DNA of 62,941 bases, filler included. It is 4 parts of 4 records of this genome, joined end to end, with 100 filler letters (N's around TTAATTAATTAA, not from the genome) between each part and the next. Parts side by side here need not be neighbours in the genome. Positions count along the whole stretch, not along the records: positions 1 to 14,558 come from SRR31156797_11909; positions 14,659 to 39,561 come from SRR31156797_11943; 2 more parts are not named here. One strand, given 5' to 3'. The translations under genes were made by a program, and so were the position numbers. The notes below the pieces were generated by a model that made no database searches, was not told the origin of the DNA, and saw only the letters and a program-made list of their open reading frames with translations. Below, piece after piece: positions 11,774-22,227 of this stretch (its first letter is position 1; each line of letters starts with the position of its first letter).

Positions 11774-11874
11774 GATTTCTCCTCTTTCTTTAAAAGAAAA
11801 TAGTTTTTGAATTTATACCCTTCCTACATACAGCTTTCTGCAGAAAGGGTATCGACAAGCGCGATTTTTGCTTG

Positions 11875-12261
11875 TTATTCCACGATTGGGTAAACACCAT
11901 CTTTATCGTGAGTTTCTGCGCCTGTTAGCGGTGGATTAAATACACACGCCATCACCATATCAGCACCTTCGTATGCACGTAGGTAGTGCTCATCGTGCTT
12001 ATCCAGAATATACAAAGTGCCTGGTTTAATTGGGTAAGTCTCACCACCAACAACTTCAATTTCACCTTCGCCAGACATGCAGTACACAGACTCAAGGTGG
12101 TTCTTGTAATGAATGTGAGTTTCTGTTCCTTTATAGATAGTCGTGATATGGAACGAGAATCCCATTTGATCATCTTTCAATAGCATGCGAACGCTTTCCC
12201 ACGTTTCTGCTACTACACGACGTTCACTTTTTTGACATTCTTCTAATGTTCTTACAATCAT
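11875..12261 (-). CDS. ectC: Ectoine synthase
   Basis: MIVRTL...GFSFHIT...[11 protein letters not shown]...[12 protein letters not shown] cupin signature. Confidence 0.96.
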   Translation of the reverse strand: MIVRTLEECQKSERRVVAETWESVRMLLKDDQMGFSFHITTIYKGTETHIHYKNHLESVYCMSGEGEIEVVGGETYPIKPGTLYILDKHDEHYLRAYEGADMVMACVFNPPLTGAETHDKDGVYPIVE

Positions 12262-12270
12262 GACTTTTCC

Positions 12271-13536
12271 TTATGAGGCTTTCTTGATGAATAGCGGTGC
12301 AACATTTTCAACCGCTTGAGAGAAAATACTTAAGCCTTGTTCTAGCTCAGACTCACTGATGGTCAGTGGGCAGAAAAATTTAACCACTTCATCATCTGGA
12401 CCCGCAGTTTCAATAACCATACCCAGACGGAAACACTCACGAGCAATCTTGTCTGCGATTTCACCGTCTTGACACTCAATACCTTGCATCAAGCCACGGC
12501 CTTTCAACTGTGTAAACATGGTTGGGAAAGTACGCAGCGACTTTTGAATGGTTGCTGTTACTTGGTCTGCGCGCTCTTTGATGTGGTCAGAGAACTCGTC
12601 GTTTGCCCAATAGGTTTCAATTGCTTTAGCGGCCGTTACAAACGCATGGTTGTTACCACGGAAAGTACCGTTGTGCTCGCCTGGCTTCCATTGGTCTAAC
12701 TCAGGTTTAAACAGCACAACCGCCATCGGTAAGCCGTAGCCACCAATCGATTTTGATAGGGTAACGATATCGGGTTTGATACCTGCTGGTTCAAAGCTGA
12801 AGAAAGTACCTGTACGACCACAACCTGCCTGAATATCATCGACGATAAGCAGAATGCCGTGTGATTTACAAATCTTAGCCAAACGCTGTAACCACTCATT
12901 TGATGCCGCGTTTAGACCACCTTCACCCTGTACGGCTTCTATCAATACAGCGGCTGGTTTATCTAAACCAGAAGAGTTGTCACACAGCATGGTTTCAAAT
13001 AGCGCTAGGCCATCAATGTCTGCATAGCCTTCGTACGGTAAGCGAGTCACACCTGACAACCCCATACCCGCACCACCACGATGGTGTTGGTTACCCGTTG
13101 CAGCTAATGCACCGTATGAACAACCGTGGAAACCGTTAGTGAACGCAACAACGTTGCTACGACCTGTCACTTTGCGCGCAAGCTTCATTGCTGCTTCCAC
13201 TGCATTGGTACCGGTCGGTCCTGTAAACTGAACTTTGTAATCCAGAGAACGAGGCTCAAAAATATGTGTTTGTAATGCATTTAGAAATTCAGCTTTCGCT
13301 TCTGAATGCATATCTAGGCCGTGGGTAATACCATCGCGATCGATGTACTCAAGCAGTGCCTGCTTGAAGATGGCATTGTTATGACCATAGTTAAGTGAAC
13401 CAGCGCCCGCTAAGAAATCGAGATAAGCGTCGCCATCTTTGGTGTATAGCCAGCTACCTTTCGCTGTCGAGAAGACAACTGGGAAGTTATTAGCATAAGA
13501 TTGAACGTTCGATTCTTTTTTCTTAAAGATATCCAT
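12271..13536 (-). CDS. ectB: Diaminobutyrate-2-oxoglutarate transaminase
   Basis: Motifs ESNVQSY, LNYGHN, GPTGTNAVEAA, DDIQAGCGRTG and GEHNGTFRG. Confidence 0.96.
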   Translation of the reverse strand: MDIFKKKESNVQSYANNFPVVFSTAKGSWLYTKDGDAYLDFLAGAGSLNYGHNNAIFKQALLEYIDRDGITHGLDMHSEAKAEFLNALQTHIFEPRSLDYKVQFTGPTGTNAVEAAMKLARKVTGRSNVVAFTNGFHGCSYGALAATGNQHHRGGAGMGLSGVTRLPYEGYADIDGLALFETMLCDNSSGLDKPAAVLIEAVQGEGGLNAASNEWLQRLAKICKSHGILLIVDDIQAGCGRTGTFFSFEPAGIKPDIVTLSKSIGGYGLPMAVVLFKPELDQWKPGEHNGTFRGNNHAFVTAAKAIETYWANDEFSDHIKERADQVTATIQKSLRTFPTMFTQLKGRGLMQGIECQDGEIADKIARECFRLGMVIETAGPDDEVVKFFCPLTISESELEQGLSIFSQAVENVAPLFIKKAS

Positions 13537-13585
13537 AGCGAGGAATATTATCCTTTTGGTTAGTTCTTGACTAAATATCAGTATG

Positions 13586-14128
13586 TTACTGATTTCGTTT
13601 TAGGGGGATACGATACAAATATTCGGTGTCGTGTTTACCTTCAAAGTGACGCGTTTCATCGAGAAACGTTGACACTTCACCACGTTCACCATGAGCTTTA
13701 TCTAATTTCTTAAATAGGCTCCATGACCCCTGATTGTCTTTAGTAATGGTTGTTTCCAACACGTTGATGTCTTGAAGATCATCACGTGTGAGTATTTCGT
13801 TCAGCATATGGAAAGCCAGACCCATACCTCGCGCACTTTCATGCACTGCGACTTGCCAAATGAATAACTCACTTGGCTTATCCGGCTTGCGATAGGCTGA
13901 AACGAAGCCCACGATTTCGCCATTGCGCTCTGCGGCCACACAAGTACTTTGGAAATGTGTTGATTGCAGAAAGTTGCAATAAGCGGAGTTCTCATCAAGA
14001 GGTGAGCATTGGGCGATAAGTTCGTGCACTCGCGTTCCATCATTTCTTGTTGGTACTCGAAATACCCACTCATCCTGAGACTTCTGCATAGTTTCTGGGT
14101 ATGCGACCCAAGGTGCTGCTGTAATCAT
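13586..14128 (-). CDS. ectA: Diaminobutyrate acetyltransferase
   Basis: Motifs LDENSAYC, FIWQVAV, ETTIT.DN..S and HF.G.HDTE. Start is uncertain (14128 or 14146). Confidence 0.94.
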   Translation of the reverse strand: MITAAPWVAYPETMQKSQDEWVFRVPTRNDGTRVHELIAQCSPLDENSAYCNFLQSTHFQSTCVAAERNGEIVGFVSAYRKPDKPSELFIWQVAVHESARGMGLAFHMLNEILTRDDLQDINVLETTITKDNQGSWSLFKKLDKAHGERGEVSTFLDETRHFEGKHDTEYLYRIPLKRNQ

Positions 14129-14145
14129 TGCCTGCCACATAATCA

Positions 14146-14159
14146 TTTAGAACTCTAAA
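14146..14159. promoter_or_regulatory. Palindromic operator upstream of ectA (CosR/EctR-type candidate)
   Basis: TTTAGA-AC-TCTAAA palindrome, with a weaker copy TTAGA-AG-TGTAA at 14298-14309. The regulator assignment is inference. Confidence 0.5.
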
Positions 14160-14393
14160 CAAATTCGGGACACAAACTAACAGCTCTAAATATTTTTTCA
14201 ACCTAAAATCTTTAAGTTTTTTACAAAAATAACGCTAACAGTATGTTTTTACTAATTTTATTAATATATTATTAATTCATGACAATTAAATTAATCTTTA
14301 GAAGTGTAAGTATAATTTGATTTATTTGTTCGGAAATAAACTATTGAACTAGTGTTTCAATTATCACTAGCAAATTAGACAACCTTTCGCATA

Positions 14394-14412
14394 TTGCATT
14401 TGCAAAATGCAA
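14394..14412. promoter_or_regulatory. LuxO-binding site(s)
   Basis: TTGCAAAATGCAA at 14400-14412 matches TTGCA-W3-TGCAA and overlaps TTGCATTTGCAA. It lies about 75 bp upstream of the qrr sigma54 promoter. Confidence 0.8.
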
Positions 14413-14483
14413 CTACTCGATGTTTTTTTAAGCAAAAAGTCACAAATACGGCTATTTTTATCACAAATCAGCACGCTAAAAAG

Positions 14484-14500
14484 TTGGCACGTAACATGCT
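14484..14500 (+). promoter_or_regulatory. sigma54 promoter of qrr
   Basis: TTGGCACGTAACATGCT, with -24 GG and -12 GC correctly spaced before the Qrr 5' end. Confidence 0.88.
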
Positions 14501-14510
14501 TAATATTAGT

Positions 14511-14558
14511 TGACCCTTATTAAGCCGAGGGTCACCTAGCCAACTGACGTTGTTAGTG
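14511..14558 (+). ncRNA. qrr: Qrr quorum regulatory sRNA (3' end truncated by contig end)
   Basis: TGACCCTTATTAAGCCGAGGGTCACCTAGCCAACTGACGTTGTTAGTG contains the conserved Qrr core GGGTCACCTAGCCAACTGA. Paralog number not assigned. Confidence 0.93.
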
Positions 14559-14658
14559 NNNNNNNNNNNNNNNNNNNNNNNNNNNNNNNNNNNNNNNNNN
14601 NNTTAATTAATTAANNNNNNNNNNNNNNNNNNNNNNNNNNNNNNNNNNNNNNNNNNNN
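14559..14658. other. Artificial contig linker
   Basis: N44-TTAATTAATTAA-N44 (stops in all six frames); base composition changes across it. Confidence 0.98.
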
Positions 14659-15077
14659 TTCCCTAAATGGGGTCTGACCCCTATATTTTTTTTTGGCATT
14701 TAGTACTCCTATTGTGTTTATTTCTACTTTAACTTTAGGATAAAAGTGGTAAGAGGATTATGAGCTAAAAAAGCTCTTTCATCTACGAACTACCTACAAG
14801 GGTGTTTACATATAAAACAAAAGAGTATCCCATAAGTTTCTATAGCTTTTTGGGGCAGTTATATGGTAGATAGATAGTAAGATGAGAGGTTATTTAGCTT
14901 CTATTGAGATATAAGAAGATATTGACCTAGATGGTGTTTATTATTGGATTGGTATTCAAGAATTTTTAAGAGTATGGGGATTTATTGGGGAGTGTAGGTT
15001 TGTATCATATTGGGTATGAATATACTAATCAGTTTTATTTAAGATTTATTCCCTCAATGCGATCTGACCCCTATATT
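14659..15077 (+). repeat. 29-bp imperfect direct repeat pair (14659-14687 and 15049-15077)
   Basis: TTCCCTAAATGGGGTCTGACCCCTATATT vs TTCCCTCAATGCGATCTGACCCCTATATT, 26/29 identical. The first copy holds the palindrome GGGGTC-T-GACCCC. Confidence 0.75.
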
Positions 15078-15084
15078 ATTTAAT

Positions 15085-16803
15085 TTATGATGTAGGTTTA
15101 GATAAAGACACTGTTTTATACTGTGAAAAATCTATTTTATCACTTACTAGTGCTTTACTTTCATTTGATATATTTGTCTCTGGTTTAATGAGCCATTTGT
15201 CTGCTTCAACTGCATAAAAAACAGGACTCAAATGATATCCATCAAGATGCCATTTTTTATTAGATTTACCATCATCACCAACTGTTGCAGAATATACATC
15301 AAGAAAGTTCCAATTACATTTGATTACTAATTTTTTAAGTTTATGATTAATCTCTTTTATCATATTTAAAAAGAGAGAAATCTCTTTTTTTTGTAAATTT
15401 GTGGATAAATTATATCTAGGAGCAGGTATACCTTGTATAATAATACTTTTAAATGAACTATTATTGATATTAGACTTTAAAAAATCAATATAGCCTTTTA
15501 GTGTTTTATCTAGAATACCAAATATATCTGTATTATTTTCTTTTGAGTATTTCCAAATTCCTTCATCTGGTCTTGTATCTATTTCACCTATTGCTATAAA
15601 TAATGACTTATTCTTATTAGAAGATTCTATAATATAATTTTGAAAGCATTTGGAAAAATAATTATTTTCAGGATTTACTAAATGGTACATTTTAATACCC
15701 ATTAAAAAATTTGTTTTTCCACAATATACACTATTGTTTAATTTAAAACTAATATTAGATAAAGCAAGTGCATGACTTTCTCCAATAACTGTCAAAGGCT
15801 CACCCTTATTAGTATATAAATTTTTATTGTGTTGCCATGTAATACATAGTGAAATAATATAATTAAAAAATATAATAGGTATTTTTATTAAATTATGATG
15901 ATATTTTATATCCTTAAATTTAATAAAGGAGTTAGCAACCTTGTAGCAATTCTCAATATCTCCCTTTATCCAATAATAAATCAATGTAAAACTAGCTAAA
16001 GTACCATTGTAAACTATATTATTTATACCTTTACCAAGTGCATAATTAATCCTAGAAATTGTTGATTCAAAAGTTTGTGACATTGATATAGAGAGTGTGA
16101 GCCAAGATTGAATAGTACTAAAGTTAAAAAAGCTTTCCTTTACTTTTTCATCTGAATAAAATATTGCTTTTTCTATTAAGCTTTTGTCAATTAGTTCTTT
16201 AAAGACAGTTGCTTGTCCATGCATCCCTATTTGTTTAGAATCTATAAGTTTCAATTTATAAAATAAAAACCTATGCAGATCATCCCAATGTGATTCTAAC
16301 TCAAAATACTTTATTTCTTTTAGCCAGTTGGTCATATAACTATAGTTTACATGCTTATATTGAGTAGATGTTATAAATGCAATAATTGCATAAGATGGCA
16401 TAAGTGAGTTTTTTGGAGTTATTGACTTTATAAAGTTTAACTGTGTATCCATACTTTGACTTCTACCAGAGTACTCAATATTTAGCCACATCTTTATCCA
16501 TTTATCAGTTTTTATTGGAAGTTTTGATTTTATTTGTTTATATTTTTTTTCATTTCCTAAAGAGATCCACACCATTGAATGGAAAAAGAATTCTAAAGTG
16601 GTAGTAGGTAAACAAAGTTTACTGATAATTTGTTCAGCAGAATAATGTTCTTGCCACCATACAGTTAAAAGAAATGCTTTTAAAGCAAACTCTTCATTGT
16701 ATGCTGACAAATCCATTAATGATTCATCATAGTTTTTAACTAGTTCCCACAGTTGATTCCACTTATATGTTTTAAGATATTTTATTACTTGTTTTTGATT
16801 CAT
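15085..16803 (-). CDS. Hypothetical protein with helical N-terminus and C-terminal SGNH-like domain
   Basis: VIGESH (block I-like), IGEID and DGYHL (DxxH); 572 aa, very AT-rich. Confidence 0.6.
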   Translation of the reverse strand: MNQKQVIKYLKTYKWNQLWELVKNYDESLMDLSAYNEEFALKAFLLTVWWQEHYSAEQIISKLCLPTTTLEFFFHSMVWISLGNEKKYKQIKSKLPIKTDKWIKMWLNIEYSGRSQSMDTQLNFIKSITPKNSLMPSYAIIAFITSTQYKHVNYSYMTNWLKEIKYFELESHWDDLHRFLFYKLKLIDSKQIGMHGQATVFKELIDKSLIEKAIFYSDEKVKESFFNFSTIQSWLTLSISMSQTFESTISRINYALGKGINNIVYNGTLASFTLIYYWIKGDIENCYKVANSFIKFKDIKYHHNLIKIPIIFFNYIISLCITWQHNKNLYTNKGEPLTVIGESHALALSNISFKLNNSVYCGKTNFLMGIKMYHLVNPENNYFSKCFQNYIIESSNKNKSLFIAIGEIDTRPDEGIWKYSKENNTDIFGILDKTLKGYIDFLKSNINNSSFKSIIIQGIPAPRYNLSTNLQKKEISLFLNMIKEINHKLKKLVIKCNWNFLDVYSATVGDDGKSNKKWHLDGYHLSPVFYAVEADKWLIKPETNISNESKALVSDKIDFSQYKTVSLSKPTS

Positions 16804-16813
16804 ATTTAAAATT

Positions 16814-16843
16814 AAAAATCCCTTGAAGAAAACTTCAAGGGAT
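16814..16843 (-). terminator. Terminator of the S-layer-type gene
   Basis: ATCCCTTGAAG-AAAA-CTTCAAGGGAT with a T-run on the minus strand. Confidence 0.85.
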
Positions 16844-16881
16844 CTTATAGAACTTATTATATAAGTCTATTTTGAAAGTTG

Positions 16882-19800
16882 TTATGCAATATCTGCAGCA
16901 AGAATAGCTGAGTCTGCAACAACTGAACCGATAAGTGTAATATCACCACCATCAATTTGGTTAGTAGTAGTATCTACGGCATCAACATTAACGTGATAGA
17001 TATATGCAGTACCTGCATTACCTGCATCATTAATAATAGCAATATAATCTTCTGCAGAAGCTGAAGTTAATGCACCTTCTAAGAATGCAGCAACATCTGC
17101 AGTATCTGTAAATGAAGCAATTGTATTAGCACCATCATCTGGACCATTATCATTACTTGAAGCAAATACATAAACCTCACCATCAGTAGCATCTGCAACT
17201 TTAGTAGCACCCGTAGCTTGATCTGCACCTGTTCCAGAAATTTCTGTCATACCAGTAAACGTTAGTTTATCTGTACCTTGTGTAAATCCAGTAATAGAAA
17301 CACTTGTATCAGCATCAGCGAATGAGAATGAATCAACAGCAGTTGTACTTGCAACTGTAGCACCAGTTAAAGTATCAATATTAATAGTTTCATTACCATC
17401 TAATGCAACATGAGCTGTAGCATCACCGTAAATATTATCAAAAGCATTCTTTTGTGCTGCAGTGATTGTAACATTTGAGCTATCATTTACAATTAAATTG
17501 TAAGTAGTTGTTGTAACTTTAGCTAAATCTGCCACTTCTGTTGCACCAGTTAAATCTTGAGCTGCAGTTGCAACAATATCAACTGTACCAGCACCACTAA
17601 TTGTATCAGCATCTAATGTGTTTAAGTTAGCAGTAGTAGTAGTTAAAGTTTGTCCTGAAGCAACAGCAACATTTACTGTACCATTTGTAGCTGTACTTAA
17701 GTCAGCTCCAGCTAATGTAAGGTCTCCAGCTAAAGCAACAGAAACAGTTCCTGATGCAGCCATATTTGTTAAATCTGTATTATTTGCTAATGCAGAGATA
17801 GAAACATCACCAGTAATATCTACATGATCACCTGTAAAGTTAGCAGCTGTACCTTGTAATGTACCTGTGTTAACAATTGTTAAATCATTATCTTCATCAT
17901 GTGCAGTTGTACCGTAAGTAACAGTATTACCTGTTCCAATATATACTTTAGTTGTATCTGTATTTGTTTGAACAACACTATCAGATCCTGTGAAAGTGAA
18001 TACATCCGTACCAGCTCCAACAGCAGTAGAAGTTAATGTACCATCTGTTAATACAACGATGTTAGCATTTTGATCTGCAGCTTTGTTAGCAGTGTCAATT
18101 CTAGTTAACTCTGTAGCAGCAGCAGTAGTTTGGTTTGCAGTTCCTGCAACTGAAGTATCAGTTAAATCTGCAATTGTAGAATACATATCAGCGAAGTTTA
18201 AAGTACCTTGCTCAGTTACTGTAAATGTTAAGTCATTTGCAGAGTCAGATGTACCATCAAAAGCTGTAACAACACTAAATACAGTTTGTGTAGCATAATC
18301 TACGTTATCACCTAAAACATTAGTTCCAGCAGCATTCTTTTCAATTTGTCTGTCATAAACAACATTTACAACAAATTTTGTTCCATCATGATCATCTTCA
18401 GTAATTGCACCACCACCATTTGGATCAGTATTTTCAAAATCTGTATCAACTAATTGTGCTTCTAATGCAGCATCAACCATTTCAGCAGTTAAATCAGAGA
18501 AATCATCAAGAGCAGCAATTTGAGTAGCGTTTAATGAAGAATAAATATCAGAGAACTCAATAGTTAATACTTGGTTGTGATCTAATGAACCAGCAGCGAT
18601 ACCACCTAAGTGATCAGCATCACCAGAACCATCATTAGCAGCTTCAGCAGTAACTAAATTTTGGAATGTATAAGCAACATACATTTCATCTCTATCACCA
18701 GTTATGTAAGCAGCATCAGCAGATGTACCTCTTGCAGCAGCAGTAGCATCTAAGAATACTGAGTAATCAATAACATCAGCTGTACCAGCTACATTTCCTG
18801 TGTTGTAGTTAAGGATTGTATCTGTACCAAAGCTTTCAGTAAGTACAAGTGTTTCAAAACCTGCACCAGCAGCATTGTTAGAGTTAAGAACAAATAAATC
18901 ATCACCTGCACTACCTGTAAGTTTAGAGATAGAGATATCAGTACCGTTAAGACCGTTAGTTACTAATCCTAATTTGTTGTATGAAGTTGCAATTGCAGCT
19001 GATGCACCATCAGTATATTGCATATTTTCATCATTATCAATATCATCGAATGTAGCTGTATCAACTCCACCTTCTTCTCTAGATGAGTTAACATCATCAG
19101 AGTCAGCAGCGTCAAACATTGCATTATAAACATCTAAAGTTGTACTTGCAGCAGTAAGTGCAGAATAGATTCCTGTTCCAGAATCATAATTTGCATTTGA
19201 TCCACCATCAGAATCACTATACCAAGCAGCCCATGCAGATTCAATTTCAGTTTGACTTGTAACAAGTCTTGCTGTAAAGATTGCATCTGAATCATTTGCA
19301 TATTGTGCATTATCAGCTTGTTCTAAAGTACTATCAGCATCACCAGTTGCATCATGCTCTGTATATTTTGGAGCTAAGAATTTGATGTTTAAATCTTCAT
19401 TGTTAAGATCTCTATCAACTAAAGAAGTAATTTGAAGACCATTATCTCTTAAGTCACTTGTAGATAACAATTTAGATAATACTGCATCATTTGCAATCGC
19501 TGATTTAATAGCATCATTGATTTGTTTTGAATCAGTTGTATATGTAGCTGTATCATAACTTACTGTTACCCATTGAGTTTCAAGACCTTGGAACTCAACT
19601 GCAAGTTTAAGTTTGAATACTTTATGCTCAACGTCACCTCTACCAATGTATGAAGCACCAGATGCATCTGCATTGTAAATCCAAGAAGATTTAGTAGCAT
19701 CATTTGAAACGATAAATGTATCATTTCCAGCACCAAGATCTGCTTGAACTGTAGAATAAGTATCACCAGAACCTAAATTTAATGTATCATCACCAGCACC

Positions 19801-21948
19801 AAGGTTAACATTAACTTGGTTAATTTGGTTAGTGTTAGTCATATTAGTTGCTGTTTCAGTTGAATAAGTTAAGTTAACTGTATCATTTCCACCAGCAGTA
19901 TTAATTGTATTTGAGTATGTATGGATAGCTGAATCTGACATATCAATATCAGTAGTAATAGTATCAGCACCTGCTCCAGTATCTACTGTAAATACACCAT
20001 CAACAGTTGTGTTGTGTACTAAAGTAACATTTCCACCACCAGCAGCATCAATATCATCAATGTTCTGTGCAGCAACTTCTGCCCCAATTGAAAGTGCTCC
20101 TAAGAACGCATCAGCTTCTAATGTAGATAAATCTCCACCAAATGGAGCTGTATTAGCTGTATTTCCATTACCTAATGCTGCAGCATCACCAGTTACAGTT
20201 AATGCAGCATAAGAAGAATCAGTTCTAGTTTCAGAAACAATATTTACAGTGTTAAGCTCAGCATTTGTTGATTGAATAACACCTAGGTTTGAAGGCTTGT
20301 TTGTATCACCTTTAACAGTAATATTAAAGATATCAATACCATCATTTTGGTCTACATCAGTATCACCATCTACGTTTGATCTATCTTTACCACCAATTAC
20401 AAGGTTACCACCTTCACCATCTCTACCAACTTTTTCAAGTTCTACATTTGTAGAAATTGGTAATGAAGTTGTTGTAGCAGAAGTTGAATTCCAAGTATTA
20501 TTGATATCCCCACTGATTGTACCTTGAGTAAGATCAATAGTACCAGCTGTTAATGCTTCAGAACCAGTGTTTGTAATAACTATTGGATTAAATGTACCTG
20601 CAAATGAGTTAGCTGCATATGTGTTTGTCCCAGAAACTGTAGTTTGTGAGAAGTATACATTTTCAGCTGTAGCTTTTGCTGCAGATACAGAAGTTAAACC
20701 TTGTGCAGTTAATTGTGCATTAATTTTTGTAACGATATCATCATATGAAGTTGACCCAGTTACATCAACAGCTACCGCTGTAGTTCCAACTGTAAAATTA
20801 ACTGTTGCAAATCCATCTACTGGGTTATTTCCCTCTTTAATATTAACTACATTGTTCATTCTTAAAGTTAATGAAGCTCCTGCAGTCGAAGTAGTTTGAT
20901 TAATGTAATCTTCATCAAAATATACTGTAAGATCAGCTGCATCATTATCTGAATCAAAGTTATCAGTATGATCCATAGTAATTGTCATCTCAGATGTATG
21001 TCTAATTGCACCAGCATCAGTTAATGTAGTTAAGTTTTCAATTACTAAGTCACCATCAGAATTTTTAGATCCAATGTGAGTAACACCTGTCATATCTTTA
21101 GCATCTAAAGTTACAACACCATCATTATCTCTTGCTTCAATCTCAATTTTTTCAATTGAAGTAGTTCTAGCTTGAACATCAATTTGATCAGATGAATCAG
21201 TTCCAATGAACTCATTTACTAATTGTGCGAAAAGTGTATCAACACCAGCTCCACCATCTAATTTATCAGCTGAAGATAATGTATTTGACATTCCACCTGC
21301 TGTAGCATTTTGAGCTAAATAAGCCTCAAAAGTGTCTGCAATAGATGTACCAGTTTTAATATCGATTCCAGAAGTTAAAGAGATAGTTTCACCTTCAACT
21401 GTACTCATGTTATCAATAAGTGCTTTTGCTGTATCAACTGAAGTAGCAACTTCTGTAACAGAAGATAATGCCTCTGCAGAATCAGAAGTCATAGCTTTAT
21501 CAATTGCATAGTAAGAAGCAGTTGCAGTAGCGTTCGCTAAATAAGCAGTTGCTTTTGGGAATTGAGCTTGAATAGCTGTTTGACTAGCATCTGTTAATGC
21601 ATAGTTAGCAATTGTTACAAGTTCACCAGCAGAATAAGTTGCTAAGTTTTGAACAAAGAACGCTTTAAGGTTTGTAGCCTCTGTAAGCATAGTGATATCA
21701 CCAATACTTGTAGTATTAGTAGTAAGTCCATAGTTTCCGATTAATGCCTCAGCAATTTCTGCATCTGTTTTTCCTGCAAATTGTGAAGTGAATAAATCAT
21801 GATTAGAAAGTGCGGCTGCGATTGCTCCTACTGACATTCCTCCGTCGAATGCAGTTTCTAAGAAATCTAAGCTCGATTTTCCGAAAGCTTTTCCGAACAT
21901 ACCAATACCAAGTTGTAAAAGTTGTTCTTTCTCTGTTTGTGTAGCCAT
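16882..21948 (-). CDS. Large acidic S-layer-type, type I-secreted surface protein (SapA/RsaA-like)
   Basis: 1688 aa, Ala/Thr/Asp-rich, no Cys and no signal peptide. Helical N-terminal domain, LDGGAGVDTL and GAGDDT RTX-like repeats, highly biased codons, strong RBS and its own terminator. Confidence 0.78.
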   Translation of the reverse strand: MATQTEKEQLLQLGIGMFGKAFGKSSLDFLETAFDGGMSVGAIAAALSNHDLFTSQFAGKTDAEIAEALIGNYGLTTNTTSIGDITMLTEATNLKAFFVQNLATYSAGELVTIANYALTDASQTAIQAQFPKATAYLANATATASYYAIDKAMTSDSAEALSSVTEVATSVDTAKALIDNMSTVEGETISLTSGIDIKTGTSIADTFEAYLAQNATAGGMSNTLSSADKLDGGAGVDTLFAQLVNEFIGTDSSDQIDVQARTTSIEKIEIEARDNDGVVTLDAKDMTGVTHIGSKNSDGDLVIENLTTLTDAGAIRHTSEMTITMDHTDNFDSDNDAADLTVYFDEDYINQTTSTAGASLTLRMNNVVNIKEGNNPVDGFATVNFTVGTTAVAVDVTGSTSYDDIVTKINAQLTAQGLTSVSAAKATAENVYFSQTTVSGTNTYAANSFAGTFNPIVITNTGSEALTAGTIDLTQGTISGDINNTWNSTSATTTSLPISTNVELEKVGRDGEGGNLVIGGKDRSNVDGDTDVDQNDGIDIFNITVKGDTNKPSNLGVIQSTNAELNTVNIVSETRTDSSYAALTVTGDAAALGNGNTANTAPFGGDLSTLEADAFLGALSIGAEVAAQNIDDIDAAGGGNVTLVHNTTVDGVFTVDTGAGADTITTDIDMSDSAIHTYSNTINTAGGNDTVNLTYSTETATNMTNTNQINQVNVNLGAGDDTLNLGSGDTYSTVQADLGAGNDTFIVSNDATKSSWIYNADASGASYIGRGDVEHKVFKLKLAVEFQGLETQWVTVSYDTATYTTDSKQINDAIKSAIANDAVLSKLLSTSDLRDNGLQITSLVDRDLNNEDLNIKFLAPKYTEHDATGDADSTLEQADNAQYANDSDAIFTARLVTSQTEIESAWAAWYSDSDGGSNANYDSGTGIYSALTAASTTLDVYNAMFDAADSDDVNSSREEGGVDTATFDDIDNDENMQYTDGASAAIATSYNKLGLVTNGLNGTDISISKLTGSAGDDLFVLNSNNAAGAGFETLVLTESFGTDTILNYNTGNVAGTADVIDYSVFLDATAAARGTSADAAYITGDRDEMYVAYTFQNLVTAEAANDGSGDADHLGGIAAGSLDHNQVLTIEFSDIYSSLNATQIAALDDFSDLTAEMVDAALEAQLVDTDFENTDPNGGGAITEDDHDGTKFVVNVVYDRQIEKNAAGTNVLGDNVDYATQTVFSVVTAFDGTSDSANDLTFTVTEQGTLNFADMYSTIADLTDTSVAGTANQTTAAATELTRIDTANKAADQNANIVVLTDGTLTSTAVGAGTDVFTFTGSDSVVQTNTDTTKVYIGTGNTVTYGTTAHDEDNDLTIVNTGTLQGTAANFTGDHVDITGDVSISALANNTDLTNMAASGTVSVALAGDLTLAGADLSTATNGTVNVAVASGQTLTTTTANLNTLDADTISGAGTVDIVATAAQDLTGATEVADLAKVTTTTYNLIVNDSSNVTITAAQKNAFDNIYGDATAHVALDGNETINIDTLTGATVASTTAVDSFSFADADTSVSITGFTQGTDKLTFTGMTEISGTGADQATGATKVADATDGEVYVFASSNDNGPDDGANTIASFTDTADVAAFLEGALTSASAEDYIAIINDAGNAGTAYIYHVNVDAVDTTTNQIDGGDITLIGSVVADSAILAADIA

Positions 21949-21988
21949 TAAATTTTTCCTTTCTTTGTGTTTAATGTTTTGTCTAGGT

Positions 21989-22041
21989 TTTTGACGTGCG
22001 CACGCCGAGTACCGACTCGACGTTATGAGAATTTTATTATA
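21989..22041 (-). promoter_or_regulatory. sigma70-type promoter and structured 5' leader of the S-layer-type gene
   Basis: Minus-strand TATAAT at 22036-22041 with upstream TTAAGTT, then the GC-rich hairpin CGTCGAGT-CGGT-ACTCGGCG (22003-22022). Confidence 0.6.
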
Positions 22042-22227
22042 TATATCTTTAGAATTAACTTAATAAGCCTTTATTCATAGAGTTTTCATTAAGTTTATTA
22101 CAATTGTGTAATAATTAAAGCCGTTTATTTTGTATACTATTGATAAAATAAGTTAGATTAATGTTTAATTTATTTTTAGTGTGTTAATATTTGACATATA
22201 AAGTTTTTATATATTTACAATTTACTT

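Noticed and set aside
17618-20899. Several plus-strand ORFs opposite the S-layer gene (and similar shadow ORFs opposite tdh, pyc, livF and others)
   Set aside because: They are antisense shadows caused by codon bias in the real genes, with no RBS or family motifs.
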